Virus record (IMG/VR): IMGVR_UViG_3300036715_003541 | Coordinates: 1-64,000 of that record | Direction: 5' to 3' (one strand) | DNA from: a virus | DNA: 64,000 nt | Notes under the pieces: generated by a model | The model's database searches: none | What the model was told of the DNA's origin: nothing | The model's input: the letters and a program-made list of their open reading frames with translations, nothing else | Made by a program: the position numbers and the translations under genes | Part shown: one piece after another, positions 47,925 through 57,783 of the stretch | Numbering within the stretch: position 1 is the stretch's first letter | Layout: each line of letters begins with the position of its first letter

Positions 47925-48676
47925 AATTTACTGGATATCGATTCTGTAAGTAACTGTGCTTCTATATAACGTTCTTCTGTGCTTTGAACCGCTGTTGATA
48001 GTTCTTTTACTTTATTCATTTTATCATGAAACTTTTCCATAAACAACAACGAAGATTCAACATCAATTTCACTTAATGTTTCTCGCAATGCTTCATAAAA
48101 TACTGTTGCACTTTGATCAATCATATTAAAAGTAATATTATTTGTTGTATTCGCTGCAGCCAATTGTGGTGGCTCAATAACAAGTTTGTGATATTTTTCA
48201 AGCATTGTACCAAGTCTATCAAACCACTCCATTAAAACTCTATCTGCTTTTATAGTATCTGGATTGTCTTGAATTTGATCGAAAACTTGAGCTGTTCTTG
48301 TTTCAATATTTACAATCATTGTTAATAACATTGATTTTATATCCAACTCATTATTTGCAAGTTTTGTTAATGCATCTTTATAAGATGAATTGTTTTTAAC
48401 ATTAAGTTCAAGTTCTTTTGATAAATCAATATTTGATTTTATAGAAGCAGATGTTTTTGCCAAATCTTCTTTTAATGCAATATGAAAATCAAGATATTTA
48501 TCTTGATATGTTTTTAATAATTTTTCAGACAAAATAAAATTTGACTCATCTTTATCTGTGTATTTAGCTGATAACCATTCGTGAATATCTTTTGCAGAAA
48601 TACCAATAATCAACTTAGATGTGATTTCATCTAAATCTGGTGAGCTAAGTATTTTTTTTATAGATGGGTCTTTCAT
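47921..48676 (-). CDS. Hypothetical protein, possible HTH/terminase small subunit-like
   Basis: N-terminal GISAKDIHEWL HTH-like segment; helical. Confidence 0.4.
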   Translation of the reverse strand: MKDPSIKKILSSPDLDEITSKLIIGISAKDIHEWLSAKYTDKDESNFILSEKLLKTYQDKYLDFHIALKEDLAKTSASIKSNIDLSKELELNVKNNSSYKDALTKLANNELDIKSMLLTMIVNIETRTAQVFDQIQDNPDTIKADRVLMEWFDRLGTMLEKYHKLVIEPPQLAAANTTNNITFNMIDQSATVFYEALRETLSEIDVESSLLFMEKFHDKMNKVKELSTAVQSTEERYIEAQLLTESISSKL

Positions 48677-48683
48677 AACAAAA

Positions 48684-49397
48684 TCACATTCCTAGTTTTT
48701 CTTCACGAGTTTGATAAGATTCGTTGTAATTTGGTTTCTTATAATATTGAGATTGATTTTGAACGCTTCCACCTGGAACTTTATCACCATTTAATAATGT
48801 ATATCCAGCTGGGTAATTATACACACGACCATCCAATGAACATTGATATGTATCCTCTGATAATCTACGCATTTGTGCGCCAGCATGATCTGGACAGCTT
48901 CTTGTTTGCAAAGCATGTTCCATAATTGTATATTCCTTCATAGATGGATGATCTTCAACTTCTTTTTTTACATCACCTAACTTATTAACTTCTTCAAATC
49001 TTTTTGAGCTTTCTTCATAACGCTTCTTCATTTCTTCAATGCGTTTGTTATCAGATTCTTTTCTAGCTTTTATAGACTCAGGAGTTGCTGCAATTGTAAA
49101 TAATAATTGATCCAATACAGAGGCTTTTTTTTGTAAATCTGGATCACCAGAGGCATCCAAATCAGAGGCGAAAGAAGCCAAATCTTCAAGATGTTCTTTG
49201 GTTAAAAAAACGTCTGAATGTGGTTCAATTTCTTCAAGTTGTTCGGCAGCATTTTTTAAAATTTTTGCTGCTGCGATACAAGCTGTTGCGACAATAGCTA
49301 AACAATCATCATCATCCTCAGCGAGTAATAACGCTTCGTTTTCTGTAGATTCTAAAGAGTTTGCGATAGCTTTTAACATTTCGGAAGATTTAATCAT
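48684..49397 (-). CDS. Hypothetical head-associated protein with possible metal-binding motif
   Basis: LASFASDLDASG...KKASVLD; SCPDH...YQC. Confidence 0.55.
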   Translation of the reverse strand: MIKSSEMLKAIANSLESTENEALLLAEDDDDCLAIVATACIAAAKILKNAAEQLEEIEPHSDVFLTKEHLEDLASFASDLDASGDPDLQKKASVLDQLLFTIAATPESIKARKESDNKRIEEMKKRYEESSKRFEEVNKLGDVKKEVEDHPSMKEYTIMEHALQTRSCPDHAGAQMRRLSEDTYQCSLDGRVYNYPAGYTLLNGDKVPGGSVQNQSQYYKKPNYNESYQTREEKLGM

Positions 49398-49459
49398 AAA
49401 ACACCAGTATTTATTGTTTACTTTACTTTAGTAATGCTTTATTATAGCTACTAGAAAAT

Positions 49460-49490
49460 AAAAAAAAGCAGCTTGTATAAGCTGCTTTTT
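49460..49490. terminator. Intrinsic terminator
   Basis: AAAAAGCAGCTT-GTAT-AAGCTGCTTTTT. Confidence 0.8.
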
Positions 49491-49509
49491 ATATAACGTA
49501 GTTATTTTA

Positions 49510-51108
49510 TCACATGAAAATTTTATTATAAAAGAAACCAACAGTTGGGTTATTTACAGTCTCATGATTTCTATCTACTGCACAGCAATTTCCAAATTTA
49601 TCCTGAACAACCTTATCAATTGGTAAATTCAAGTGACCACAAACTGGTTTCAAACTTGTTTTGCTTTTAACAACAAGTGAACATGTTGATTTTGGAGCTG
49701 CTTCTTTCTTAGCATTCAAGTTAGACATATATTCTTTTACAGCGATTGTATAAGAGTTGTTGTCACCACTTTGCAATATAATATTCATTGCATCTTCTGC
49801 ACGATCAAAGTTGCTATCTAAAGCTGCTTGTCTAACGATTTCAATAAGCTCAGAATTTTTCATTCCATATTGAGGAGAAACCAATGCGGCTGATTTTTTA
49901 TCAAACACACCATTGTTGCTCATTTCAATTAATGTATTTTCAGATATTGGAGAAATTGAACCTTCGCAAATCAAAACAGATGGTTTTAATGCTTTACCTT
50001 CTTTTACCTTTACAGGTACTGTGAAAGACAATCTACCACCGCCAGTGCTAACTGCAAAGTAAATAGATGACTTATCTGATTTTGCAACTTTTATTTGATT
50101 GTATTTTTCACCAGCTTGTTTCAAAGCTTGATCAACCAAATCACGTGCTTTGTTTACAAAGCTTGTACCAAAAGTAATTTCAGCGGCACCTTTTGCAGAA
50201 GCTAACTTTTCTTCAAATGTATCTGCTTCTTCTAAACGAAGTTGTGGAACTTCTTTTGCTTCTGGATAGAATGTTGTTAATATAGAATTATTAAATACTT
50301 CTGTTTTAGGAGCTTCTTCTGCTTTTTTGATTTTTAATGCAGCAACTGCTAATTCTGGTTGAGAGAGTTTTTCTGTTTTTTCTGTAACTAAATCTAAAAC
50401 AACAGAAGCTGTGACATTTAATTTGCTACCCGCTTTATTTAACAAATAACTTGTTAATGAAGCTTTAGATATTTTCTCAGCACCATTGTTTCCTAAAAAC
50501 ACTTCTGGTGAGGATATTCTTTTTTCTTTTGTTTTAACAGGAATAAATACAGCAGTTTTGCCACGTGGTGTAGTGAAAGAAGCATTTACAATAATATATT
50601 GTTCATTACCAGAGGCAACAGATAATTGAGCTTCAGGTAAATCATGAAGGTTTAATACTGTTTTTGTTTGATTTAAAGCTTTTGTAGCAACTTCTTCAGA
50701 GTATGCTTTAGGTTCTTCGCCTGAAAATACACTGGAAAGTAAATTTTGCAATACTGGGTCTGCAGATGCGTATAAAGAAATGACTTTTCCATCTTGTTTT
50801 TCAGCATATTTGGGTTTTAAAAAATTGATTTCTTGATCACCAATTTCTTCCTTTAGTAATTCGCCAGCCATAGAAGATACTGTGTAAAATCTATTATAAA
50901 TGTTTACTAGCTCCGCTTTCTTTGTAATCAATGATTTTTCACCCATTTTATTAAAAACCTGAGCCATTTGAATAATGGTTTGGTCATTTGGGTATTTCTC
51001 AGCTAATTTTGCTAATTTATTTTGTAACACAGATGTGAGAAATGGTTTTTCATTATCCATCTGTGCAGCAAGATTTTGAGAAATTTCAGTAAGTTTATTA
51101 AATTTCAT
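49510..51108 (-). CDS. Hypothetical protein with internal duplicated domain and C-terminal Cys/His cluster
   Basis: Two copies of [IT]PVK...P.V[FL]; many K-x-A sites; CSL...CGH...CC. Confidence 0.65.
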   Translation of the reverse strand: MKFNKLTEISQNLAAQMDNEKPFLTSVLQNKLAKLAEKYPNDQTIIQMAQVFNKMGEKSLITKKAELVNIYNRFYTVSSMAGELLKEEIGDQEINFLKPKYAEKQDGKVISLYASADPVLQNLLSSVFSGEEPKAYSEEVATKALNQTKTVLNLHDLPEAQLSVASGNEQYIIVNASFTTPRGKTAVFIPVKTKEKRISSPEVFLGNNGAEKISKASLTSYLLNKAGSKLNVTASVVLDLVTEKTEKLSQPELAVAALKIKKAEEAPKTEVFNNSILTTFYPEAKEVPQLRLEEADTFEEKLASAKGAAEITFGTSFVNKARDLVDQALKQAGEKYNQIKVAKSDKSSIYFAVSTGGGRLSFTVPVKVKEGKALKPSVLICEGSISPISENTLIEMSNNGVFDKKSAALVSPQYGMKNSELIEIVRQAALDSNFDRAEDAMNIILQSGDNNSYTIAVKEYMSNLNAKKEAAPKSTCSLVVKSKTSLKPVCGHLNLPIDKVVQDKFGNCCAVDRNHETVNNPTVGFFYNKIFM

Positions 51109-51120
51109 ATGTTTCCTGGA

Positions 51121-51579
51121 TTAGCCTAATTCTGGAAATTTTTTAATTATTTCTTGACGCATAGATGCAGAAACTTCTTTTAACAAATTAGAAACCATTT
51201 TCTTATTTTTTAACAGCGTTTTTGGCAAATACTCTGGCACGAATGCCAATTCTTTCTTATCTAATCCTAATTTATTAGCTGCAACTTTTGCTATTTGCTC
51301 ATTTTTATAAAAAATAGATAAATTATCTTTGCCCACCTCAACATACCAAGGGTTTGCAGAGGATGCTTGTTTCTCTAAAAGATCATCATACATAGCTACT
51401 ATGTATTGCTCATCATCATTATCACCATTAACAACTTGCCACAAATTAGACATATCATCATTATCTTTAAATTTTACAACATCAAAAGCAACTTTAACAA
51501 TTTTATCTTTAACATCAGATAACTTATATGCTTTTTTTAGCAAAATTTTCTCTAAAAGAGTTTTATTATAATCAATCAT
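51121..51579 (-). CDS. Hypothetical protein
   Basis: KKAY, KVAF, KQAS and KVAA motifs. Confidence 0.65.
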   Translation of the reverse strand: MIDYNKTLLEKILLKKAYKLSDVKDKIVKVAFDVVKFKDNDDMSNLWQVVNGDNDDEQYIVAMYDDLLEKQASSANPWYVEVGKDNLSIFYKNEQIAKVAANKLGLDKKELAFVPEYLPKTLLKNKKMVSNLLKEVSASMRQEIIKKFPELG

Positions 51580-51636
51580 ATTTATCCCTGATATTTTAGT
51601 TCAAATTTTATATTGTTTTATTGCTTGTTTTTATTG

Positions 51637-52092
51637 TTAAAATTTTTCTTCCCTTAATTTTTGCATTTTGTCAAGTATTGTTTTGATTTTATTATCCTTC
51701 TCAACTATTTTCTTTATTCTTTGAAAAGAACCACCATATTGTGTTTTTTTATCTTTTTTATAATCAACATTTCCATGTAACGATTTAGTGATTGAACTTT
51801 GATTTACACTTAAAATTTTTGCAATTTCCATTTGTGTGTAACCATCTTTTACTGACAATGTAATTACTTCTCGTTGACGATCTGTAAGCATTGTATCAAT
51901 AATCCTCCAAAGTTCTTTTTTTAATTCATCCTCTAATGCAAATAATTCTTCATCATATGCCCAAGGGTTTAATCGAGATTCAATTGAATCATTGTTCGAA
52001 AACGCTTCCATCATATCATGAGAGCAAGATTGTTCAACAATTAAATATTGATAAGAGTCACTTCTATTCTTACGTTTTTCAGATTTTTCCAC
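51637..52092 (-). CDS. Sigma70 region-4 HTH protein
   Basis: LTDRQREVITL...GYTQMEIAKILSVNQSSI. Confidence 0.8.
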   Translation of the reverse strand: MEKSEKRKNRSDSYQYLIVEQSCSHDMMEAFSNNDSIESRLNPWAYDEELFALEDELKKELWRIIDTMLTDRQREVITLSVKDGYTQMEIAKILSVNQSSITKSLHGNVDYKKDKKTQYGGSFQRIKKIVEKDNKIKTILDKMQKLREEKF

Positions 52093-52148
52093 ATAACCTC
52101 CATGCGACTTAATATAATATATCTCACCATTTTTGTTATGTTTGATTT

Positions 52149-52892
52149 TTAATAAGATGTTATCTCTAAAGAAAACTGATGATTCCTTGTAATATATTCA
52201 TCAATGTCTTTATATCCCATGGGTACCGATAAATGTGTGATAATTGCTTTATCACCATATTTTTCATCTATTTTTTTGCGACCCTTTAATCCAGCTTCAT
52301 CATTGTCAAACACAATAATAATATTATCTGTATATCGAATAAGAGTTGCAAATTGATAAGCTGATAAAGAAGAAGATCCAACTGCTACAACATTTTTTAT
52401 TCCAAACTCATAGCACTTAATCGCATCTAATTGACCTTCAACCACATATGCAAAACCTTCTTTTAAAATATGCTCTTTTGCAAAGTTTAAGTTAAAACAA
52501 TAGTTACCTTTTTTAAATACAGTATTCTTATATTTTATAAGACTTCTTTGCTTTCTTTCTTCTTCACCTAATAATGTCCTGCCAATAAGAGCAATAGGTG
52601 TGTTATTTGCATTGTAATATGGTATCACTAAACCATGATTTTCAAAATAAGAAAATAAACCAGATTGCTTTTTCCAAGCTAAACCAACATCTATTAAGTC
52701 TTTACTTGATATTGCGTTAGATATCAAATTCATGTAAATAGAAGGTGGGAAATAACCTATGTTATATTTATTTATTATCTCATCTGATAGTCTTGAATAA
52801 ATATATGTTCGATATTCTTCCGCTTCTGAGAAATTTAATAGTAAGTTCTTTGATATTGATATTACTTTTTCAAAAACTTCAGATTTAAACAT
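52149..52892 (-). CDS. dnaG: DnaG-like primase (RNA polymerase/Toprim core only)
   Basis: IGR, KYKN, VVEGQLD, FDNDEAG and KDIDE; no N-terminal Zn-binding domain. Confidence 0.88.
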   Translation of the reverse strand: MFKSEVFEKVISISKNLLLNFSEAEEYRTYIYSRLSDEIINKYNIGYFPPSIYMNLISNAISSKDLIDVGLAWKKQSGLFSYFENHGLVIPYYNANNTPIALIGRTLLGEEERKQRSLIKYKNTVFKKGNYCFNLNFAKEHILKEGFAYVVEGQLDAIKCYEFGIKNVVAVGSSSLSAYQFATLIRYTDNIIIVFDNDEAGLKGRKKIDEKYGDKAIITHLSVPMGYKDIDEYITRNHQFSLEITSY

Positions 52893-52893
52893 A

Positions 52894-53217
52894 TTACTTT
52901 ATTTTCTTCAATTGCTCAATCATCATTATTTTAAATGGGACAGACAACTTATAAGCTTGTCCACAACCACTGCATAATACATTTTTTTCATCTTTGGATA
53001 TTTTAGGCGTTTCTATAGAGCCACAATCACACTTTATATTCCAAAAGGGTTTTTTATCACCTGAACGCCAAAGTTGCAATGTTTCTAATTGATACTTTAA
53101 GTAATGATTATCTGGCTGCACTTTATCACAATTTCCACAATGAATTTTCTTTGTTTTTTTATCCAAACAAGGTTCCGATTGTTTTTTACATAATTCACAA
53201 TTTAATGATACACGCAT
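52894..53217 (-). CDS. Double Zn-ribbon protein
   Basis: CELC, CGNC, CDC and CSGC. Confidence 0.7.
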   Translation of the reverse strand: MRVSLNCELCKKQSEPCLDKKTKKIHCGNCDKVQPDNHYLKYQLETLQLWRSGDKKPFWNIKCDCGSIETPKISKDEKNVLCSGCGQAYKLSVPFKIMMIEQLKKIK

Positions 53218-53218
53218 A

Positions 53219-54067
53219 CTACTCCAATGCTTTCTTTACTTTTAAGAATTCTTCATTTGTTAAAAAAGAAACACTCACCCTCACAAGGTGATCCGTTGTT
53301 TTATTCTTTGATTTAATACCTTCGTTTTTGATAACTAAACAATCTTCATTCCTTGTGTTTGCAGGTATAATAATCGTTTTTTCACCATGAATTGTTTTTA
53401 CTGATTTTGAACAGCCAAGTATTGACTCTGTAAAACTAATATTAAGGTAAGAAATAATATTATTATTTTCTATCGAAAAATACTCACTATCAAAAACCTT
53501 TATTTGAATAAAAGCATCACGCTTTATATCCTTGTAAAAATCACCACCACCAGATATTCTTAATACAAAACCATTGATTGTACCAGGGTCTATTTGAATA
53601 GAATAACTTTTTGTTACAAATGAATATCCATTGTCACAATCGCAAGAAGATGTACATTCACACATTACTGTTTTATAAGAAGTCTTATTACATTTATTGC
53701 AATTAACATCTTTTACTTTACCAAATCCAAGGCATTTTTCACAAAGAGATTTACTAGTTATTTTTACATCTTTCACACAACCAAGTGTGGCTTCCAAAAA
53801 AGATAATCCCAAGATAACATGTATATCAGATAACTTTAAAGTGTGTGAAAAATTATGTTTAAAATCTTTTATCTCAACTTTTTCTTTATGGTTTTTCTCA
53901 AGAAAAGAATAAGCTAAATTTATTTTCTTTAAAATTTCTTCAGATTGTGGATCTTTGTTTACATCTGGGTGATGTGTTTTTACTAACTTTTTAAATTTTA
54001 ACTTTATATCATTTAAAGAATGATAAGAAGTTGCACCCAATGTTTTGTAAGCTTCTTTTAAGTTCAT
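53219..54067 (-). CDS. dnaJ: DnaJ-like co-chaperone
   Basis: J-domain with HPD, Cys-rich region (CEKCLGFG) and DnaJ C-terminal domain (ILG...VKTIHG). Confidence 0.88.
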   Translation of the reverse strand: MNLKEAYKTLGATSYHSLNDIKLKFKKLVKTHHPDVNKDPQSEEILKKINLAYSFLEKNHKEKVEIKDFKHNFSHTLKLSDIHVILGLSFLEATLGCVKDVKITSKSLCEKCLGFGKVKDVNCNKCNKTSYKTVMCECTSSCDCDNGYSFVTKSYSIQIDPGTINGFVLRISGGGDFYKDIKRDAFIQIKVFDSEYFSIENNNIISYLNISFTESILGCSKSVKTIHGEKTIIIPANTRNEDCLVIKNEGIKSKNKTTDHLVRVSVSFLTNEEFLKVKKALE

Positions 54068-54636
54068 TTTTTCTTTGTTTTTTTAACTTTGGGATTGTTA
54101 GCTTTCAATGCATAAGCTAGTGCTACTGCAATACCATCAGCACGGTCATAGTTTTCGACTTTAAGCTTACTTGCACCTCCCCGTGGCTTGGAGTGCTCCC
54201 AAGGGAATGTAATCCCTAAATGCTCGGAAACAAGGTCTGGCACTTCGGTTTTATCAGGTAGCACCTTTGTTTTTTTTATGGCATGACGTATTGTCATAAC
54301 ATTTAATAATTCAACTGTTGCTCCATTGTGAGCGTTTAACCAATCATGACAAATTAAACCAATTGTTCTATTAAATACAGACAAGGCAATAATTGTTTTT
54401 GCAGTGCTTTTACCCTTCATAAATTGAATAATATCTTCAATGATAACTTTATCAGGATTGTATTTTTCTAATATTGTTAACACCCATTTTCGTAAAGCTA
54501 CTAACTTTTCAAAGACAGATCCTTTTTTTAAAGGCTTGTAATAACCAGAATCAATATATGTTATTTTTGAATCTTTATTTTTAATTACTGACCAACCAAC
54601 TGTATTTGTAGATACGTCAAAACCTGCTATAATCAT
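54064..54636 (-). CDS. ruvC: RuvC-like Holliday junction resolvase
   Basis: IAGFDVST, VIIED and DRADGIAVA acidic catalytic motifs. Confidence 0.85.
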   Translation of the reverse strand: MIIAGFDVSTNTVGWSVIKNKDSKITYIDSGYYKPLKKGSVFEKLVALRKWVLTILEKYNPDKVIIEDIIQFMKGKSTAKTIIALSVFNRTIGLICHDWLNAHNGATVELLNVMTIRHAIKKTKVLPDKTEVPDLVSEHLGITFPWEHSKPRGGASKLKVENYDRADGIAVALAYALKANNPKVKKTKKK

Positions 54637-54657
54637 AATTTATCTATAACAACAAAT

Positions 54658-54691
54658 AAAAAAAAGAAGAGCCTTTTAAAGCTCTTCTTTT
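54658..54691. terminator. Intrinsic terminator after SSB
   Basis: AAAAGAAGAGC/GCTCTTCTTTT inverted repeat. Confidence 0.75.
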
Positions 54692-54702
54692 AAATTACAA
54701 TT

Positions 54703-55401
54703 TCAAACTTCTGCTGAAGGAAACTCGTCGTCATCATCACTAATCATTGCTGGTGCTGGTGAAGCGGTTGCGCTTGTTTGGGTAGCAGTTGAACCAGTTA
54801 CTGTTTTTGTTGCTGTCACACCATTAACTTTATCTCGGTAAGTCTTGTGATAAGAAGAAACTTGTTCTGGTGTAAGTGGAATACAACGTTGCTCAATAGC
54901 TTCTTTATCGAATGAATCAACCAATTTCATATCTTCTGGAGTAAGAGGGCGTTTTTCATAAGGCATTACCATGTAATAACCGGATGGACCATCTTCTGGA
55001 TGTACAGTGATTGTAATCTCGTATTTTGTTGGATCACCCCATTTTGAAGCCTGTGCATATTTCTTGATTTGTGAATATAAAACATATCCTGTGTCAAGAA
55101 TTTGAATCTTATTTGCTTTGCGATTGATTACAATCAAATACCATCTTGGTTTTGCTTTATTACCAGCTAAGCATAATGGACAATTGTCTTTATTTCCAGT
55201 GCAACGAATACGTGTACCATATTGCTTGTCACTTTCTTCTTTTACTTGATGGACTAAATATTGCATTGGTTTTGCAACAATGCGAAGATCATTTCCTTCT
55301 TGGCTTTTATCTAATTTTAAGAATAAATCTTTTGCGGACTCACGTTTACCACCAGAGCCACCGCCCTCAGACCAATCGATTTCACCAAATGTTGTTGTCA
55401 T
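54703..55401 (-). CDS. gp32-like single-stranded DNA-binding protein
   Basis: FLKL...LRIV, CPLC, GDPTKYEI and acidic tail DDDDEF. Confidence 0.75.
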   Translation of the reverse strand: MTTTFGEIDWSEGGGSGGKRESAKDLFLKLDKSQEGNDLRIVAKPMQYLVHQVKEESDKQYGTRIRCTGNKDNCPLCLAGNKAKPRWYLIVINRKANKIQILDTGYVLYSQIKKYAQASKWGDPTKYEITITVHPEDGPSGYYMVMPYEKRPLTPEDMKLVDSFDKEAIEQRCIPLTPEQVSSYHKTYRDKVNGVTATKTVTGSTATQTSATASPAPAMISDDDDEFPSAEV

Positions 55402-55461
55402 ATATTTTACCTTTTTGTTAAGTTGCTATCTGCAATCTCTATTTTGTTATAGTTTCGTTGA

Positions 55462-55791
55462 TTATTTTTTATTGCTTGTTTTTTGAAAAGTTACAATTCG
55501 TGTTCCACCAGGCATTTTTTTAAATGATACTGAAACTCTTTTGTTTCTTATTTTATTTACAATTTTATTTAATGTAAACCTAAATGAAATTGGGCTTTGT
55601 GGAACATCAATATTCATCTTTGAAAGTTCACTGACAAGTTGTGTCATTGTTCCTGTAAATGTATTTGATGCTAAATCCACAATTGCTTTTACAATTGCTT
55701 CATGGTTACTGTTAGATGTAACATTATTAGTGGTTTTCTTAATGTTTTTCGGTGTTTTTACAACTTTATTTGTCATTTTTTTTTCTTTCAT
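55462..55791 (-). CDS. Basic hypothetical protein, possible DNA-binding
   Basis: 109 aa, Lys-rich; FTGTMTQL...P.SP. Confidence 0.55.
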   Translation of the reverse strand: MKEKKMTNKVVKTPKNIKKTTNNVTSNSNHEAIVKAIVDLASNTFTGTMTQLVSELSKMNIDVPQSPISFRFTLNKIVNKIRNKRVSVSFKKMPGGTRIVTFQKTSNKK

Positions 55792-56090
55792 TTGCCACTT
55801 TTTACATAAGCCAAATTTTGTATATAATCAACTTTCCTTGATGGAAGAATGATATCAACAGTCTTTGTTGGGTCTAAAAATAATGTGTAATTTTCTCTTA
55901 TGTAATCATCTGTATTTGTCGTTGTGTCTGGTATAAAGACACCTTTTGTTTCGATGAAATCAGGAAAAAAAGAAGGTTTACCTATTGATAAAAAGAATGT
56001 GTAATCGCTAAACATAATTAAGAAAACTGGCTTATTAGGTAGTGGAAACCTAGTTACTTCTCTTACTTCAGGAATATACGCATCAGACAT
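55788..56090 (-). CDS. Hypothetical protein
   Basis: 100-aa ORF overlapping recA. Confidence 0.6.
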   Translation of the reverse strand: MSDAYIPEVREVTRFPLPNKPVFLIMFSDYTFFLSIGKPSFFPDFIETKGVFIPDTTTNTDDYIRENYTLFLDPTKTVDIILPSRKVDYIQNLAYVKSGK

Positions 56091-57246
56091 TTTTTACCTT
56101 CTTGGTCTTAGACACTAAACCCTCCAACAGATCGTCTTCTGGCTTCTCTATAACTGGTTGTGGCAGCCTTTTATTGTTCTTATTATCACGTGCTATTGCA
56201 ATTTCTTCAGTTAATTCTTTTGCCAATGCAGGATCTGATTTAATTCCTTCTTGAAATTTCGCCAATCCAACCCACTTTTGATCCTTGTATTCATGAGTTA
56301 CAGATGATGGTTTTTTAACCACATCATATTCAACTGCTAATTCTGCAATTTCTTCATGAATATCTACAATACCAATATTAAAGTTTACCTTAAACTCACA
56401 TTTGCGTGGATGTGGTCCGAATTTACTTTTCTCAATTGTTGCACGGATTGTGTGACCAATTTTATTATCTTTTTCATCCAAAATTTGTGCATCTTTACGC
56501 ATCACGGATTCAAAATAAATATTTGCACTTAAAGAATGATTGTATGTGTTTCCACCTGTAAATGTATGGTCAGGACCATACATATCCATAGAATCTTTTT
56601 TGTGATTGATAACAATGAATGGAATATCTGCTTTACCAACCTCAAGAATAAGCTTCCTGAATGTTGGAGTAAGGAATCTTGAAAGAAGACTCATATTCAT
56701 TTTACCAATTGCAGATGTATCTTCACCTGGTGGAATGATAGCCCCCAAAGAGTCAAGTACAATAAGATTTACATTGATTTCTTTTTTGCAAATCTTATCC
56801 AATAAACCTTCTTTAGATTTACCTTTTAATACGTGTGATTTTGCATCTTCTTTTGGAACACCTAAAAGCATCTCAAAACATCGACGACCATTTGCTGCTT
56901 GTTCTTTTTCAACAACAATAATTCGACTAATATCACAACCCAATTCCATTGCCCACTTTTCAGAGAATGTACCCTCTGCATCAATAAAAACCTGATAAGA
57001 CTCAGGATCTTGTGCTTGAGCATTTTTGATAGCAATAATCGCCATCAATGTTTTACCAGATCCACCCGATCCATAAAATTGGATAATTCTACCTTTTGGT
57101 AAGCCACCACATGATAATGCGTCATCAAGTAATAAAGAACCTGTTGGTACAACTTCTATTTTTTTATTTTCTGAGGCTATGTAGTAGCCTAGTTCACCTT
57201 CAGCTTCTGCGTATGATTCAAAAAATGATTTGAATTTATTTGACAT
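56083..57246 (-). CDS. recA: RecA/UvsX recombinase
   Basis: PTGSLLLD...GGLPKGRI, GSGGSGKT, FIDAE, LIVLDS and KSKFGPHP. Confidence 0.93.
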   Translation of the reverse strand: MSNKFKSFFESYAEAEGELGYYIASENKKIEVVPTGSLLLDDALSCGGLPKGRIIQFYGSGGSGKTLMAIIAIKNAQAQDPESYQVFIDAEGTFSEKWAMELGCDISRIIVVEKEQAANGRRCFEMLLGVPKEDAKSHVLKGKSKEGLLDKICKKEINVNLIVLDSLGAIIPPGEDTSAIGKMNMSLLSRFLTPTFRKLILEVGKADIPFIVINHKKDSMDMYGPDHTFTGGNTYNHSLSANIYFESVMRKDAQILDEKDNKIGHTIRATIEKSKFGPHPRKCEFKVNFNIGIVDIHEEIAELAVEYDVVKKPSSVTHEYKDQKWVGLAKFQEGIKSDPALAKELTEEIAIARDNKNNKRLPQPVIEKPEDDLLEGLVSKTKKVKNV

Positions 57247-57264
57247 GTTTTTCCTATTTTATAA

Positions 57265-57741
57265 TCACCACCCACCAGTATCTACTGGTGAGTGACCTAA
57301 TATTGTTTTTCTTAAACCTTGTGTAATATCTTTTGCATGATGATGATATTTGATAATTATATCATATTTTTTCTCTAATAATGCTTTAGCGCCTTTTGCT
57401 CTGGCTAAGGTTTCCTGCAAAGCCACAACATCTGGATCTGATTCTGAAGCGTATTTCCTCATATCTGCTGTTACTTTACTTCCAGGATCATATTCCAAAG
57501 CAACTTTGTTTTTTAATGAAGATACTTTTGACTCTAACATAGAAGTTGTTTTAACAATTCTACTTAGATATTCAGATAAAAGATCTGCAGCACGTAATGT
57601 TTTTACTTGAACCATTTCCGCATGAGGAATATCTGATAATTGATCCGATGCTAAATGTTGTAAAATTTCTTGAATTTCAGTTAAATCAAAGTCGGAGAAT
57701 TTATCTTCACCCGAACCCATAATATCATTTATTGTTACCAT
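57265..57741 (-). CDS. UvsY-like recombination mediator
   Basis: Helical 158 aa with KVTADMRKY...DPDV, adjacent to recA. Confidence 0.5.
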   Translation of the reverse strand: MVTINDIMGSGEDKFSDFDLTEIQEILQHLASDQLSDIPHAEMVQVKTLRAADLLSEYLSRIVKTTSMLESKVSSLKNKVALEYDPGSKVTADMRKYASESDPDVVALQETLARAKGAKALLEKKYDIIIKYHHHAKDITQGLRKTILGHSPVDTGGW

Positions 57742-57747
57742 AAAAAT

Positions 57748-57776
57748 GCCTCTACAGATTATATATCCGTAGAGGC
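57748..57776. terminator. Hairpin whose loop contains the GATATATA motif
   Basis: GCCTCTAC-AGATTATATATCC-GTAGAGGC. Confidence 0.55.
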
Positions 57777-57783
57777 TGTTTCA

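Noticed and set aside
18411-51630. Possible late promoter motif (AATwww...CATA/TATA) before structural genes
   Set aside because: Several loose matches, but too degenerate against the AT-rich background to support by eye.
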